The notes beneath the pieces are model-generated. The model saw only the letters and a list, made by a program, of their open reading frames with translations. It was not told the DNA's origin and did no database searches. Made by a program: the position numbers and the translations under genes. 64,000 nt of DNA from Bacteroidota bacterium (GTDB lineage Bacteria; Bacteroidota; Bacteroidia; Flavobacteriales_D; JABDKJ01), in contig JAJRRH010000106.1 of the NCBI GenBank assembly GCA_024279715.1, positions 17,102 through 81,101 of the forward strand, written 5' to 3'. Shown here in pieces: positions 15,975 through 25,616 of the stretch; the first letter of the stretch is position 1, and every line of letters begins with the position of its first letter.

Positions 15975-17009
15975 ATGAAATCAATTTCAGAGCACATTTT
16001 ATCATGGTATCACACTCACAAACGTGACTTACCATGGCGTTACACGAAGAATCCGTATTTAATTTGGCTGTCTGAAATAATACTACAACAGACAAAAGTG
16101 TCTCAAGGCACCCCTTATTTCATCCAGTTCAGCACCAAATATCCGTCAATTTACGACCTTGCCTTCTCTTCTGAAGATGATGTTATGAAAACTTGGCAAG
16201 GATTGGGATACTATTCAAGAGCAAGGAACTTACATAAAACTGCGAAAATCATCACTGAGCAGTATAGTGGTCATTTTCCAGATAGTTACAAGGAGCTCCT
16301 AAAATTGCCAGGTATTGGTGAATACACAGCAGCGGCCATTTCTTCCATTGCATTTGATCAATCGATTCCAGTGTTGGATGGTAACATATATAGAGTAATA
16401 TCTAGATTGTTTGGTGTTACATTAGAAATAGGAACAACATCTGTTAAAAAATATTTTATTGGTCACGCTGCAAATCTATTGGGGGATTTACCTCCGGGTG
16501 ATTTTAACCAAGCAATGATGGAGTTTGGAGCACTTCAATGTACTCCTAAAAACCCGAGTTGCGATATTTGTCCTGTGAAGAACAAATGTTCCGCTTTCGC
16601 CAACGATAATGTACATCTATTGCCCGTTACCAAAAAAAGAAACCCCTTAAAAGATAGATATTTTACATATTATGTTTTTCATGATGCTACACATACAATC
16701 GTACATCGTCGAGCTAATGATGATATATGGGGAGGGCTATATGAATTTCCAAAAAAAGAACACTCTAAACTACTGAATTACAACAATCTTAAACATGGAG
16801 ATGATGAAATGGAAGTCGTTGATCTTCGACACATTCTCACCCATCAGAGGCTATTCATTAGGTTTATTATAATACGTCAACAAATTCTACAAAAACTAGA
16901 GGGCTCTCAACAACTAATACAACTTAAGAAGTTTGATACACTTGCTATACCAAAGCCAATAGTACTGCTTTCACAAAAATCTTTGATCTGGAAATCATTA
17001 ATTTCATAA
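15975..17009 (+). CDS. mutY: A/G-specific adenine DNA glycosylase
   Basis: HhH-GPD core (LPGIGEYTAAAI), a 4Fe-4S cluster loop CTPKNPSCDICPVKNKC, and a NUDIX-like C-terminal domain. Confidence 0.9.
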   Translation: MKSISEHILSWYHTHKRDLPWRYTKNPYLIWLSEIILQQTKVSQGTPYFIQFSTKYPSIYDLAFSSEDDVMKTWQGLGYYSRARNLHKTAKIITEQYSGHFPDSYKELLKLPGIGEYTAAAISSIAFDQSIPVLDGNIYRVISRLFGVTLEIGTTSVKKYFIGHAANLLGDLPPGDFNQAMMEFGALQCTPKNPSCDICPVKNKCSAFANDNVHLLPVTKKRNPLKDRYFTYYVFHDATHTIVHRRANDDIWGGLYEFPKKEHSKLLNYNNLKHGDDEMEVVDLRHILTHQRLFIRFIIIRQQILQKLEGSQQLIQLKKFDTLAIPKPIVLLSQKSLIWKSLIS

Positions 17010-17055
17010 TTTTGATAAAAATAGTATCTTTATACCCTAATTTAATTTTGATGTT

Positions 17056-17502
17056 ATGGCTGGAATCAACAAAGTAATTCTTGTGGGAAATATGGGTAAA
17101 GACCCTGAGGTAAGACATTTAGAAGGGGGGTCTACTGTTGCGAGCTTTTCATTGGCTACCTCGGATACCTATACAGATAAAAGAACCAATGAGCGTATTA
17201 CACAAACAGAGTGGCATAATATTGTCGCTTGGAGAAAAACAGCTGAGTTTGTTGAAAAATACTTAAGTAAAGGAAGACAAGTATATATTGAAGGGAAACT
17301 TAGAACTCGTAATTGGACGGATAAGGAAGGAACTACTCGATATACTACTGAGATAGTTGCCGATATAATCCAACCTTTGGGTAGTAGACCGCAAACAAAT
17401 GAAAACACTAATACAGCAATTCCTGTTGCGGAGAACACAATGTTACCACAAAAGGATGTTGTATCTGAGAATTCTGAGGTGAAAGATGATTTACCGTTTT
17501 AA
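17056..17502 (+). CDS. ssb: single-stranded DNA-binding protein
   Basis: OB-fold N-terminus MAGINKVILVGNMGKDPEVR, WHNIVAW, and an acidic tail ending DDLPF. Confidence 0.95.
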   Translation: MAGINKVILVGNMGKDPEVRHLEGGSTVASFSLATSDTYTDKRTNERITQTEWHNIVAWRKTAEFVEKYLSKGRQVYIEGKLRTRNWTDKEGTTRYTTEIVADIIQPLGSRPQTNENTNTAIPVAENTMLPQKDVVSENSEVKDDLPF

Positions 17503-17532
17503 TTTATCTAGTCAATAACTAATATCCAAAAT

Positions 17533-18855
17533 TTGGAACCTCCGGAACCCATTATCAATCTTTTTCCCTTTTTAATAACCCAAATAATTGGTGTGGAGTC
17601 GTGGATTTTTGCAATTGTTTTGGTTGTATTATTAATTATGTCAGCCCTAGTTTCAGGGTCTGAAGTTGCCTATTTCTCTATCTCTCCAAAACAATTAGAC
17701 ACTCTGAATAACTCTAGTAGTAATTCGGATAAATTAGTTTTGGACTTACTTTCTAAACCTGAGAAGCTTTTGGCTACCATTCTTGTGGCAAACAATTTTA
17801 TCAATATTGCTATTGTAGCTGTTTCCACCCAAATGCTTCACGGTATGCTAGGTGGTTTTAGCGATGTGATGAAATTAATTATTGAATTGGGTGTCGTTAC
17901 TTCATTTTTGTTGCTTTTTGGTGAGGTTTTACCCAAAATATATGCGAGCTCTTCCAATATACAAGTATCTAAATGGATGGCAACACCACTTGTATGGATT
18001 TCCAAACTTTTTTATCCAATCATAGCCCTATTGTTATCAAGCAAGCTGATCACCAATAAATTAGTAAAGAAAAAGTCTAATGATATTAGTGTAGATGAAT
18101 TAGGTCATGCCATGGAGTTGACGATGCAAAATGCGGATGAGGAGGAACAGAAAATACTTGAAGGTATAATAAATTTTGGGAACATCAATGTCAAGCAAAT
18201 CATGACTCCCAGAACGTCAACTGTTGCTTTTAAAATCGATATGTCATTTGATATTTTATTAGATGAGTTTGTAAAGTCAGGACATTCTAGAATCCCAATT
18301 TACAAAGAGTCTTTTGACGATATTGAAGGTATCTTATATCTTAAAGATCTGATCCCGCACATAGAAATGAAAAATTTAGCTTGGCAAGATTTGATCCGTG
18401 ATGCTTTTTTTGTGCCTGAAAATAAGATGATTGATGACTTGCTTAAAGATTTTCAAGTACGGAAAATGCACCTTGCGATAGTTGTGGATGAATATGGTGG
18501 CACTTCAGGTATTGTCACTTTGGAAGACGTGATTGAAGAGATAGTTGGTGAAATTACCGATGAATTTGATGAGGAGGATATAAATTATTCCAAACTTGAT
18601 GATAATACCTTTATCTTTGAGGGTACTACGCCCCTTGTTGATTTGTACCGAGTAATGGATTTTGATGGTGAGGATTTTGAAAAGTCAAAAGGTGAAGCGG
18701 ATACCATTGCTGGTTTTGTTGTAGAATTGGCTGAAAAGATTCCTCTCAAAAATGAAAGAATTAAATTCAATGAATTTGTATTTACTATCGAGGCTGCTGA
18801 TAAAAGAAGAGTTAAACAAATAAAAATAAGTCGAAATGTTCAAGGCCAAGACTAA
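17533..18855 (+). CDS. gldE: gliding motility-associated protein GldE (CNNM/DUF21 + CBS pair + CorC/HlyC domain)
   Basis: N-terminal DUF21 TM domain, two CBS domains and a CorC_HlyC C-terminus. The ssb-gldE-gldD order matches Flavobacterium johnsoniae. The track start is TTG, so the exact start is uncertain. Confidence 0.8.
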   Translation: MEPPEPIINLFPFLITQIIGVESWIFAIVLVVLLIMSALVSGSEVAYFSISPKQLDTLNNSSSNSDKLVLDLLSKPEKLLATILVANNFINIAIVAVSTQMLHGMLGGFSDVMKLIIELGVVTSFLLLFGEVLPKIYASSSNIQVSKWMATPLVWISKLFYPIIALLLSSKLITNKLVKKKSNDISVDELGHAMELTMQNADEEEQKILEGIINFGNINVKQIMTPRTSTVAFKIDMSFDILLDEFVKSGHSRIPIYKESFDDIEGILYLKDLIPHIEMKNLAWQDLIRDAFFVPENKMIDDLLKDFQVRKMHLAIVVDEYGGTSGIVTLEDVIEEIVGEITDEFDEEDINYSKLDDNTFIFEGTTPLVDLYRVMDFDGEDFEKSKGEADTIAGFVVELAEKIPLKNERIKFNEFVFTIEAADKRRVKQIKISRNVQGQD

Positions 18856-19435
18856 AATATTGTTTTTCCTGTTTGCTTTCTTAGTGGTTTCCTGTGATGA
18901 CCCAACTATCCCAAAGCCGGTTGGATTTATGCGTATTGAGCTAGAAGAACCAACGTATACTACTTATACTATGAGTAGTATTCTTTCTTTTGATTTATCC
19001 AATCAGGCCGTTATTGAGGAGTTGAGCCAAAACAACACTAGTATACTCTTCAATATATCTTATCCGAAACAAAAAGCTAAGATACATCTAGCGTATAACT
19101 CGATAAATGACAACCTACGTACTTACCTTGAAGAGACAAGGAAACTGACGTACCAACATCATGCAAAAGCAACTAATATTAATAAAAAAAAGGTGTTAAT
19201 GCCTGAAAGTAAGGTTTATGGAATGAAGTATAACCTCACAGGAGAGGTTGCTTCGGCTTCACAGTTCTACCTCACAGACAGTACCCACCACTTTTTCAGA
19301 GGAGCACTATATTTTTGGGCTAAACCCAATGAAGACTCCTTAGCACCTGTACTTTCTTATATTAATCGAGATATAGAACGTCTTATTGAAAGTTTTTCAT
19401 GGGAACCCCAACTAATTGACTCTGTTTCTCAATAA
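18836..19435 (+). CDS. gldD: gliding motility lipoprotein GldD
   Basis: Lipoprotein signal LFFLFAFLVVSC. Size is about 190 aa. It follows gldE directly and overlaps it by 20 bp. Confidence 0.7.
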   Translation: MFKAKTKILFFLFAFLVVSCDDPTIPKPVGFMRIELEEPTYTTYTMSSILSFDLSNQAVIEELSQNNTSILFNISYPKQKAKIHLAYNSINDNLRTYLEETRKLTYQHHAKATNINKKKVLMPESKVYGMKYNLTGEVASASQFYLTDSTHHFFRGALYFWAKPNEDSLAPVLSYINRDIERLIESFSWEPQLIDSVSQ

Positions 19436-20695
19436 AAATCGAGCTGTTGCTCTTGATTTTTGCTCTAAAATCACTGTTCTATCCCTTAGTAAATTTTGTA
19501 ACATCTCGTCCTGATAGTGACGAACAGTCAATAACTCTAAATTATTGTTATACAGTAGCTTGTATTTGTCGCTGAGGGCGGATAGTAAAGCCTTTAGTTG
19601 GTTTTCATTTTCATCAAAACAGAGGGAGAAGTTTAATGCAGAATTTTGCATTAAATTAATACTTATCCCAAGTTCAGCAAAAACACCATATATTTCACTT
19701 ATATTTTTTTCTACTACCATAGAGAAGTCTCGTGGGGATATTGAGATCAAGACTTGGTTTGACTTCGAAATGTAAGATGGAATATTTTCATCGTATTTAT
19801 CTTCTTTTTGAATGATTGTACCTTCTGTTTCCGGAGCCATAAATGATCTAACATACAGAGGGATTCCTTTATTTTGTAGTGGTTTTATGGTTTTAGGGTG
19901 AATGACAGAGGCGCCATAAAAGCTAAGCTCTAATGCCTCTTTGTAGGATATTTTGGCAAGTAATTTAGTGTTTTGGAATTTTTTCGGGTCTGCATTCATC
20001 ATGCCAGGTACATCTTTCCAAATGATTAGGCTTTCTGCATCACAACACCACGCTAATATTGCTCCTGTAAAATCAGATCCCTCTCTTCCTAATGTTGTGG
20101 TTTCTCCTGTGTGATTAGAAGCAACGAAGCCCTGGGTGACGAAAATGCAACTATCCCTTTCGCTTACGAATGTATTCTGTAGATTGATTACGTTTTTCTT
20201 TGAAGTCTCCCAATCTACATTTACTTTACAATAGTTTGAAGATGTACTTTTTATTATCTTTCGAGCATCAATCCATTCATTTACTATACCTTCATGATCC
20301 AAGTAGTGGCTTACAATTGTGGTTGAAACCAGCTCTCCATACGACACTATTTCACTATACTCTTTGTAGTAATCGTTTGACACACTTGAACTTAACTTCT
20401 CTTTTAAGAGATCTAAAAGCGTAAAAAAATCAGAGTATACACTTGCTGATCGAAATGGAAATAAATCTTCTAATATCTCAATGTGATAGTCCTTAAAATT
20501 TTGATAATTATCTTGAAAATCACGCTTTTGTAGATAATCCTCAAGTAATAATTCTAATTGATTGGTCATCTTACCCATTGCTGAGACTACAATCCATATG
20601 CTGTCTCCCGCATACAAATTTAGTATCGTAACAAGATTTCTAATAGATTCGGCATTTTTGACGGATGCACCACCAAATTTGAATACTTTCATCAC
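19412..20695 (-). CDS. lysC: aspartate kinase
   Basis: N-terminal KVFKFGGASV, the TLGREGSD motif, and C-terminal ACT-like repeats. Confidence 0.9.
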   Translation of the reverse strand: MMKVFKFGGASVKNAESIRNLVTILNLYAGDSIWIVVSAMGKMTNQLELLLEDYLQKRDFQDNYQNFKDYHIEILEDLFPFRSASVYSDFFTLLDLLKEKLSSSVSNDYYKEYSEIVSYGELVSTTIVSHYLDHEGIVNEWIDARKIIKSTSSNYCKVNVDWETSKKNVINLQNTFVSERDSCIFVTQGFVASNHTGETTTLGREGSDFTGAILAWCCDAESLIIWKDVPGMMNADPKKFQNTKLLAKISYKEALELSFYGASVIHPKTIKPLQNKGIPLYVRSFMAPETEGTIIQKEDKYDENIPSYISKSNQVLISISPRDFSMVVEKNISEIYGVFAELGISINLMQNSALNFSLCFDENENQLKALLSALSDKYKLLYNNNLELLTVRHYQDEMLQNLLRDRTVILEQKSRATARFLLRNRVN

Positions 20696-20700
20696 TTCCG

Positions 20701-21168
20701 TTATTTTTTTAAGTTGATTCTAACATTTAGCCATTCATTATCAAACTCAGCGCCGTATGAATTATAGTGTTTTTTGTAAAAATTTATTGCGGAAGTGTTC
20801 CAATCCAACACTTGCCATTCTAATCGGGAACAGTTTTCATTGGTTGCTAGTGTGATCAACGCATCCAACAAAGTTTTTCCGATACCCATACGTCGATATT
20901 CGCCAAATACTATCAGGTCTTCTAAGTGTATGCTACGTCCAGCCCATGTCGAATACTTAGGGTAGAAAAGCGCCATACCTAAACATTTGATGTCGGTTTC
21001 AGCAATTAAGAATCGAAACGATGGGGATTTTCCAAATGCATCTTCGTGGAGTATCTCCTCAGTAATAAGAACTTGTTCTGCACTTTTCTCAAACAAGGCG
21101 AGTTCTTTTATTAGTTTGAGCACATCAGGTATGTCCTCTTTTACACCGTCACGAACGATAATCTGCAT
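20701..21168 (-). CDS. GNAT family N-acetyltransferase
   Basis: 155 aa with acetyl-CoA motif A YRRMGIGKTLL. Confidence 0.85.
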   Translation of the reverse strand: MQIIVRDGVKEDIPDVLKLIKELALFEKSAEQVLITEEILHEDAFGKSPSFRFLIAETDIKCLGMALFYPKYSTWAGRSIHLEDLIVFGEYRRMGIGKTLLDALITLATNENCSRLEWQVLDWNTSAINFYKKHYNSYGAEFDNEWLNVRINLKK

Positions 21169-21590
21169 TATGATTGATATTTTGATAAATAGTAATCCTC
21201 TTTAGATCTTATTTTTTTTTTCTCAGAGGTCGTTTGGTCATCGTATCCTATCAGATGAAGTAATCCATGAATGATTACTCTTCTCATTTCATGGTATGAG
21301 TTTACATTAAATTTTTGAGCGTTTTCCTCTACTCTATCCACGCTGATATATATTTCACCCTCAATGGCGTTTTCATCTCCTAAGTTAAAGGTGATAATAT
21401 CAGTGTAAGTAGAATGATTAAGATATTTTTGATTAATCTCAAGAAGAAAGTCATCGGAAACTAAGATGTAGTCTATGGTAGAAATAACCGCTTTTTCTTC
21501 CTTACAGACCTCTTGCAACCAATATTGTAGCTTGGCTTCATGTAGCAATGTATAATCTACTTCGGGGGTATAGAAGGAGATTTCAGGCAT
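21168..21590 (-). CDS. ybeY: rRNA maturation endoribonuclease YbeY
   Basis: 140 aa with the metal-binding motif HGLLHLIGYDD. Confidence 0.9.
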   Translation of the reverse strand: MPEISFYTPEVDYTLLHEAKLQYWLQEVCKEEKAVISTIDYILVSDDFLLEINQKYLNHSTYTDIITFNLGDENAIEGEIYISVDRVEENAQKFNVNSYHEMRRVIIHGLLHLIGYDDQTTSEKKKIRSKEDYYLSKYQS

Positions 21591-21596
21591 TATACT

Positions 21597-22019
21597 TTAA
21601 TTCTCAGGAATTACGTGGTTAAATTTCAATTCTACGATAGAACCAGAATCATTGAATTCAACCTCATCTGCAAGGTGTTTCATCAAAAACACACCTCTAC
21701 CATTTGGCTGTTCGATATTCTCAGGTGCTGTTGGATCAGGAAGATTGTCGTAGTCAAATCCGGGACCTTCATCTTCAATTACGAAGATTAGTTTATCCTT
21801 TTCTGTTTTAAACTTAAGGGTTACACTCTTAGATTCGTCTTGTCTATTGCCATGACTTATGGCGTTATTAACAGCTTCAGTGATGGCTATTAGTATATTT
21901 CCATAATACTCTTCACCTATTTTGTACTCCTCGGTAATATCATCTATCAATCGCTCTGCGATACTGATGTTCTCTACCTTTGAAGGAAATACCAATGTCT
22001 TATCTTCTAATATATCCAC
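21597..22019 (-). CDS. HATPase_c-only ATP-binding protein (RsbW/SpoIIAB-like anti-sigma Ser kinase fold)
   Basis: N-box ITEAVNNAISHGN, G1 DEGPGFD and G2 GRGVFLMK. 140 aa with no sensor or DHp domain. Confidence 0.75.
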   Translation of the reverse strand: MDILEDKTLVFPSKVENISIAERLIDDITEEYKIGEEYYGNILIAITEAVNNAISHGNRQDESKSVTLKFKTEKDKLIFVIEDEGPGFDYDNLPDPTAPENIEQPNGRGVFLMKHLADEVEFNDSGSIVELKFNHVIPEN

Positions 22020-22033
22020 AATTTACGCTAATT

Positions 22034-25000
22034 TTAGTTCCCAAATCTAATGAAATAATCACTTACTTTTGATTTATAATAAGGCTTTAATGAAGGTGGA
22101 ATTGTTTTTAAAAGTTCCAACTCTTTTTCCTTTTCTTTTTTATACTCAAAAAAGGCGTCAGGGTTGCTTTTTTGATACTCTTTTGCTTCTTCTGATTTAC
22201 GTTTATTGTCATATTCTCTCTCTCTCTGGGCTTTTTCACTCTTCAATAATCTCGTCATAATATCTTGTTGACGATTGATAGTCTGCTGTTTGATTTGCAT
22301 ATTAACGAGATCTTTTTCATTCTCTTCCATTTTTTTTGCAATTTCTTTTAGTTCATTTCCAGCGCCCGAACCATCTTCATTAAGTTCTTTGCCCATTTGT
22401 TCTATTGCTTGTCGAATGGCAGCTTGTTCTGCTGCCATTTTTGCTACTTCTTGACTCATTCCTTGGCCTTCTCCTGATTTTTGTCCGCCAGGCATGGGCA
22501 TTCCACCCATTCCATTAAGTTTTTCTAATTTTTTTGACAATGCATCTTGCATTTGTTTCATTTTAGCCATGGATGGTTTGCCTTTGCCAAAACCACCTGG
22601 CTTTTCACAATACCCACTTCCGGGCATTCCACTTGCCATCTGTTGCTGCATTTGCTGTAGGGCCTCGTCAAGTAGTAAAGCTAGATTGTTTAAAGAGGTC
22701 ATCACATACTGTTGTTTCTCAGTGGCTACCTTCGTTTTTCTATCGGCGAGATTCTCAATAGTGCTCAGCATATTGCTATTGATGAGATTTATCTCTTTGT
22801 TAACAATGGGTTCTATTTCAATGACACGTTTGCTAAGTGCTAACAATGAGTCTTTAACTATTTGCGCATCGTCTTTCAATTTTCGTTGAAATTGAGCGTG
22901 TTTAATATATTTAGGGTCATTGTTATCAATCACTTTTAATTCTGCCATCACCTCTTCTTGGTCAAAGGATAGTTGTATTATGTTTTCCAATAAAGCTCTC
23001 AATGCGTCCATATCCTCCGTTTGCGGAGAAGATCCGCCCATACCATCTAGTTGAGAAGCTAGAGACTCCATTCCTTCTGATGCGCCCTCCTGTGACTCTG
23101 ATGCTTTGTCATTCTTCTTATCATTTAACGATTGACTACTATCCTGCATGTCTTCCTTTATTTGCTCCTCCAAGTCACCAGTGTCCAAATCCATCTTTTC
23201 TTCAAGATCTTCATTCATCTTATCAAGCTCATCCAGGTCTTCTTGTAGTTTTTCAAACTCTTCGGCTATCTCCTCTTGTTCTTTTTTTAATTCTTCGTTA
23301 GACAAGGATTTATCCTCCGTTTTTTTGGCTAAATCCTCTTGCTTTTTGGCTAAATCCTTCATCTGGTCGGATATTTCCATTGCCTTTTGCTCCATTTCAA
23401 GTTGTTTGAAGATTTCAAGATTACGATCAAGCTCATTCTCAAGATCTTCATTAGAAAGGTTGATTTTTTCTAATTGTTCTCGTAATTTGTCTTGATCCAT
23501 TTGCTCCATTAGTTTTTCTAATTCTTGGAACATCTCTTTCATTTCATCATTCATCACTTTATCAAAGAGTTCTTCCAGCTTTTTTTGTTTTTCAAGAATA
23601 GACTCATCCGCAGTATCATACTGTTCTTTTTGAAAGTTCATGTCTTGATTGTCTTTTTGGATATCTTCTACCTGCTGTTGTAACGATTTTTGCTTGTCGA
23701 GAAGTGATTCTATTTTCTTTTTATCTTGCCAACTTAGCTCTTTCTTCTCTATTAGCTCACGTCTCATTTCATCTATATCCTTTTCCAGTTCCTTGGTTTT
23801 CTTAATACTATCTTCAAGTTTATCCTTTATATCCTTGCTCATTTCTTCTTCATTCTCCGCTAGTTCATCTGCGGTAGGTGCTTTGAATATTAGGGTCTTT
23901 GATCTGGTTGATTTAGCGCCTCTTACGCCATCATTATCCCATACTTCAAAATAATATTCTATTTCGGTACCTAGACTAATATTCAATTGATTAAGATCCC
24001 AATAGTAGAAGAAACGGTCTTGACTTGCTGTACGTTTAAATGGAATATCCACCCGCTGTACTCCTTGATTATTAAGACTGTCTAAGGCTGCGTTGATATA
24101 GGCGTAGTTGAATGTCAACCTTGTGAAACCATAGTCATCTCGTATCTCCCCGCTGAAGTAACGTTTGCGGTCAGTTAATGAATCACGTTGCTCTTCGATT
24201 TGTATTTCTGGGTATAAGTCTGGTGTTACGTTGATTTGATAGAGTATTGAGTCTCTATTTCGCATATATGAATTTCTATTTGCTACAGCATATTTCTCAC
24301 TTTGGTAAAAGCGATTTTTGAACTGATAGATATTATCCTGAAGTTCGTTGGGCTTATATACGCTATCCCCAATATACATTAGTAATTCATCTGTATGCTC
24401 TGTCTGAAACTCCCACTGTACGATAGTCCCAGAAGGCACTGTAATATTTCCACTATTACTCAATACTTCGTCTTTGATCCCCGTATAGTTAGGATAGTCT
24501 ATTCGTATATCAAAAGAAGTCATGACTGGCTTTGGTAGCGCTTTCAATTCATAAATTTTACTTTGAAACTCTTCTGCTAAAAAGCTAAACTGAATGTCAT
24601 TTTGAACATTTTTAAAGGTATGGTTGAATGATATTGTGTTGTCCTTTTTAAGTTTGTATTTCGCACCATTCACCATTACATATATTTGATCGGGTATGGC
24701 TTCCCCTGTCATTTCTAACTGTAATTCAAAATCATCATGTTGGGGTACTTTGAGGTTTTTGTTTTTTACTATAAACTGAAATGGAGCTTCTATTTCAAAT
24801 TCATTGTTGTATTTTACAAGTCTCTCCGTACTGTTTTTGATTAAATCCGGTGCAAATAAAAAAGCTAAAAGAAGGAGTACTAGTGGTGGAAGTGCATATT
24901 TTAGATATTTTTTGTTTTCTCCAATATTGATTGCTGTTTCAAAGGGTACGGGTTTGAGTTCCCGTATTTTCTGATCGATACTGGCATGAATCAATGATGA

Positions 25001-25402
25001 ACTATCTCCTCGTAAATCAGCCTCTTTTTTTAACTGCAATGTGTTTAATAACTTATCCTTTACGTTTCCAAAATGGATTCCAATGATATCTGACGCTTGC
25101 TCGTAGGAGATGACTTTTCCAAGACGATACATCTTCACTAAAGGAATGGCTATGAATCGAGTAATAATACTTAGAGACAAAAGAGTATATAACCAAAAGA
25201 ACAAGGTGCGCACTCCGGCATTAAACCGACCAAGATGTTCTAGTAACACAAAAAGCAAGTAGAAGGATACAACAAGGCCTACAGTATAGATTATTCCACG
25301 AATGACTTTATTTCGATAATATTTACGAATAAAGCCATCGAGCTTCCTAATCAGTATGTCATAATTTTCATTCATAAATTCAATGCCCACAAAGTTGAAC
25401 AA
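22034..25402 (-). CDS. large membrane-anchored coiled-coil protein (DUF4175-like)
   Basis: 1122 aa. Three N-terminal TM segments, a beta-rich region, then about 250 aa of very E/K/D-rich heptad-like sequence and a Gly/Met-rich segment (GMGGMPMPGG). The family name is recalled, not searched. Confidence 0.6.
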   Translation of the reverse strand: MFNFVGIEFMNENYDILIRKLDGFIRKYYRNKVIRGIIYTVGLVVSFYLLFVLLEHLGRFNAGVRTLFFWLYTLLSLSIITRFIAIPLVKMYRLGKVISYEQASDIIGIHFGNVKDKLLNTLQLKKEADLRGDSSSLIHASIDQKIRELKPVPFETAINIGENKKYLKYALPPLVLLLLAFLFAPDLIKNSTERLVKYNNEFEIEAPFQFIVKNKNLKVPQHDDFELQLEMTGEAIPDQIYVMVNGAKYKLKKDNTISFNHTFKNVQNDIQFSFLAEEFQSKIYELKALPKPVMTSFDIRIDYPNYTGIKDEVLSNSGNITVPSGTIVQWEFQTEHTDELLMYIGDSVYKPNELQDNIYQFKNRFYQSEKYAVANRNSYMRNRDSILYQINVTPDLYPEIQIEEQRDSLTDRKRYFSGEIRDDYGFTRLTFNYAYINAALDSLNNQGVQRVDIPFKRTASQDRFFYYWDLNQLNISLGTEIEYYFEVWDNDGVRGAKSTRSKTLIFKAPTADELAENEEEMSKDIKDKLEDSIKKTKELEKDIDEMRRELIEKKELSWQDKKKIESLLDKQKSLQQQVEDIQKDNQDMNFQKEQYDTADESILEKQKKLEELFDKVMNDEMKEMFQELEKLMEQMDQDKLREQLEKINLSNEDLENELDRNLEIFKQLEMEQKAMEISDQMKDLAKKQEDLAKKTEDKSLSNEELKKEQEEIAEEFEKLQEDLDELDKMNEDLEEKMDLDTGDLEEQIKEDMQDSSQSLNDKKNDKASESQEGASEGMESLASQLDGMGGSSPQTEDMDALRALLENIIQLSFDQEEVMAELKVIDNNDPKYIKHAQFQRKLKDDAQIVKDSLLALSKRVIEIEPIVNKEINLINSNMLSTIENLADRKTKVATEKQQYVMTSLNNLALLLDEALQQMQQQMASGMPGSGYCEKPGGFGKGKPSMAKMKQMQDALSKKLEKLNGMGGMPMPGGQKSGEGQGMSQEVAKMAAEQAAIRQAIEQMGKELNEDGSGAGNELKEIAKKMEENEKDLVNMQIKQQTINRQQDIMTRLLKSEKAQREREYDNKRKSEEAKEYQKSNPDAFFEYKKEKEKELELLKTIPPSLKPYYKSKVSDYFIRFGN

Positions 25403-25587
25403 TTATACATTAATAACAAAGCGATATCAAAAATCGTACTAAACTTGATAAAAACCCAGATTATGTACTAGGTAAGTGTAATACAGATTAAGGCTCACAA
25501 GCACAACAGATTCTACTCTTGTTATAAAAATTGTAGCTTTTTATTTTTTGCCTACGAACTACATTGTACTCTCAACGTATAAAAACG

Positions 25588-25595
25588 TACATTTG
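25588..25595 (+). promoter_or_regulatory. candidate -7 box TACATTTG for gltX
   Basis: Matches TAnnTTTG, 22 nt upstream of the gltX ATG. No well-spaced -33 TTTG was seen. Confidence 0.35.
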
Positions 25596-25616
25596 CGCCA
25601 AAATTGAGAGAATTCT

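Noticed and set aside
22069-23954. Several 60-130-aa Ser/Cys/Leu-rich plus-strand ORFs inside the DUF4175-like gene
   Set aside because: They are the antisense reading of GAA/AAG/GAT-rich coiled-coil codons. They are low-complexity and lie wholly inside a far longer and better-supported minus-strand ORF.
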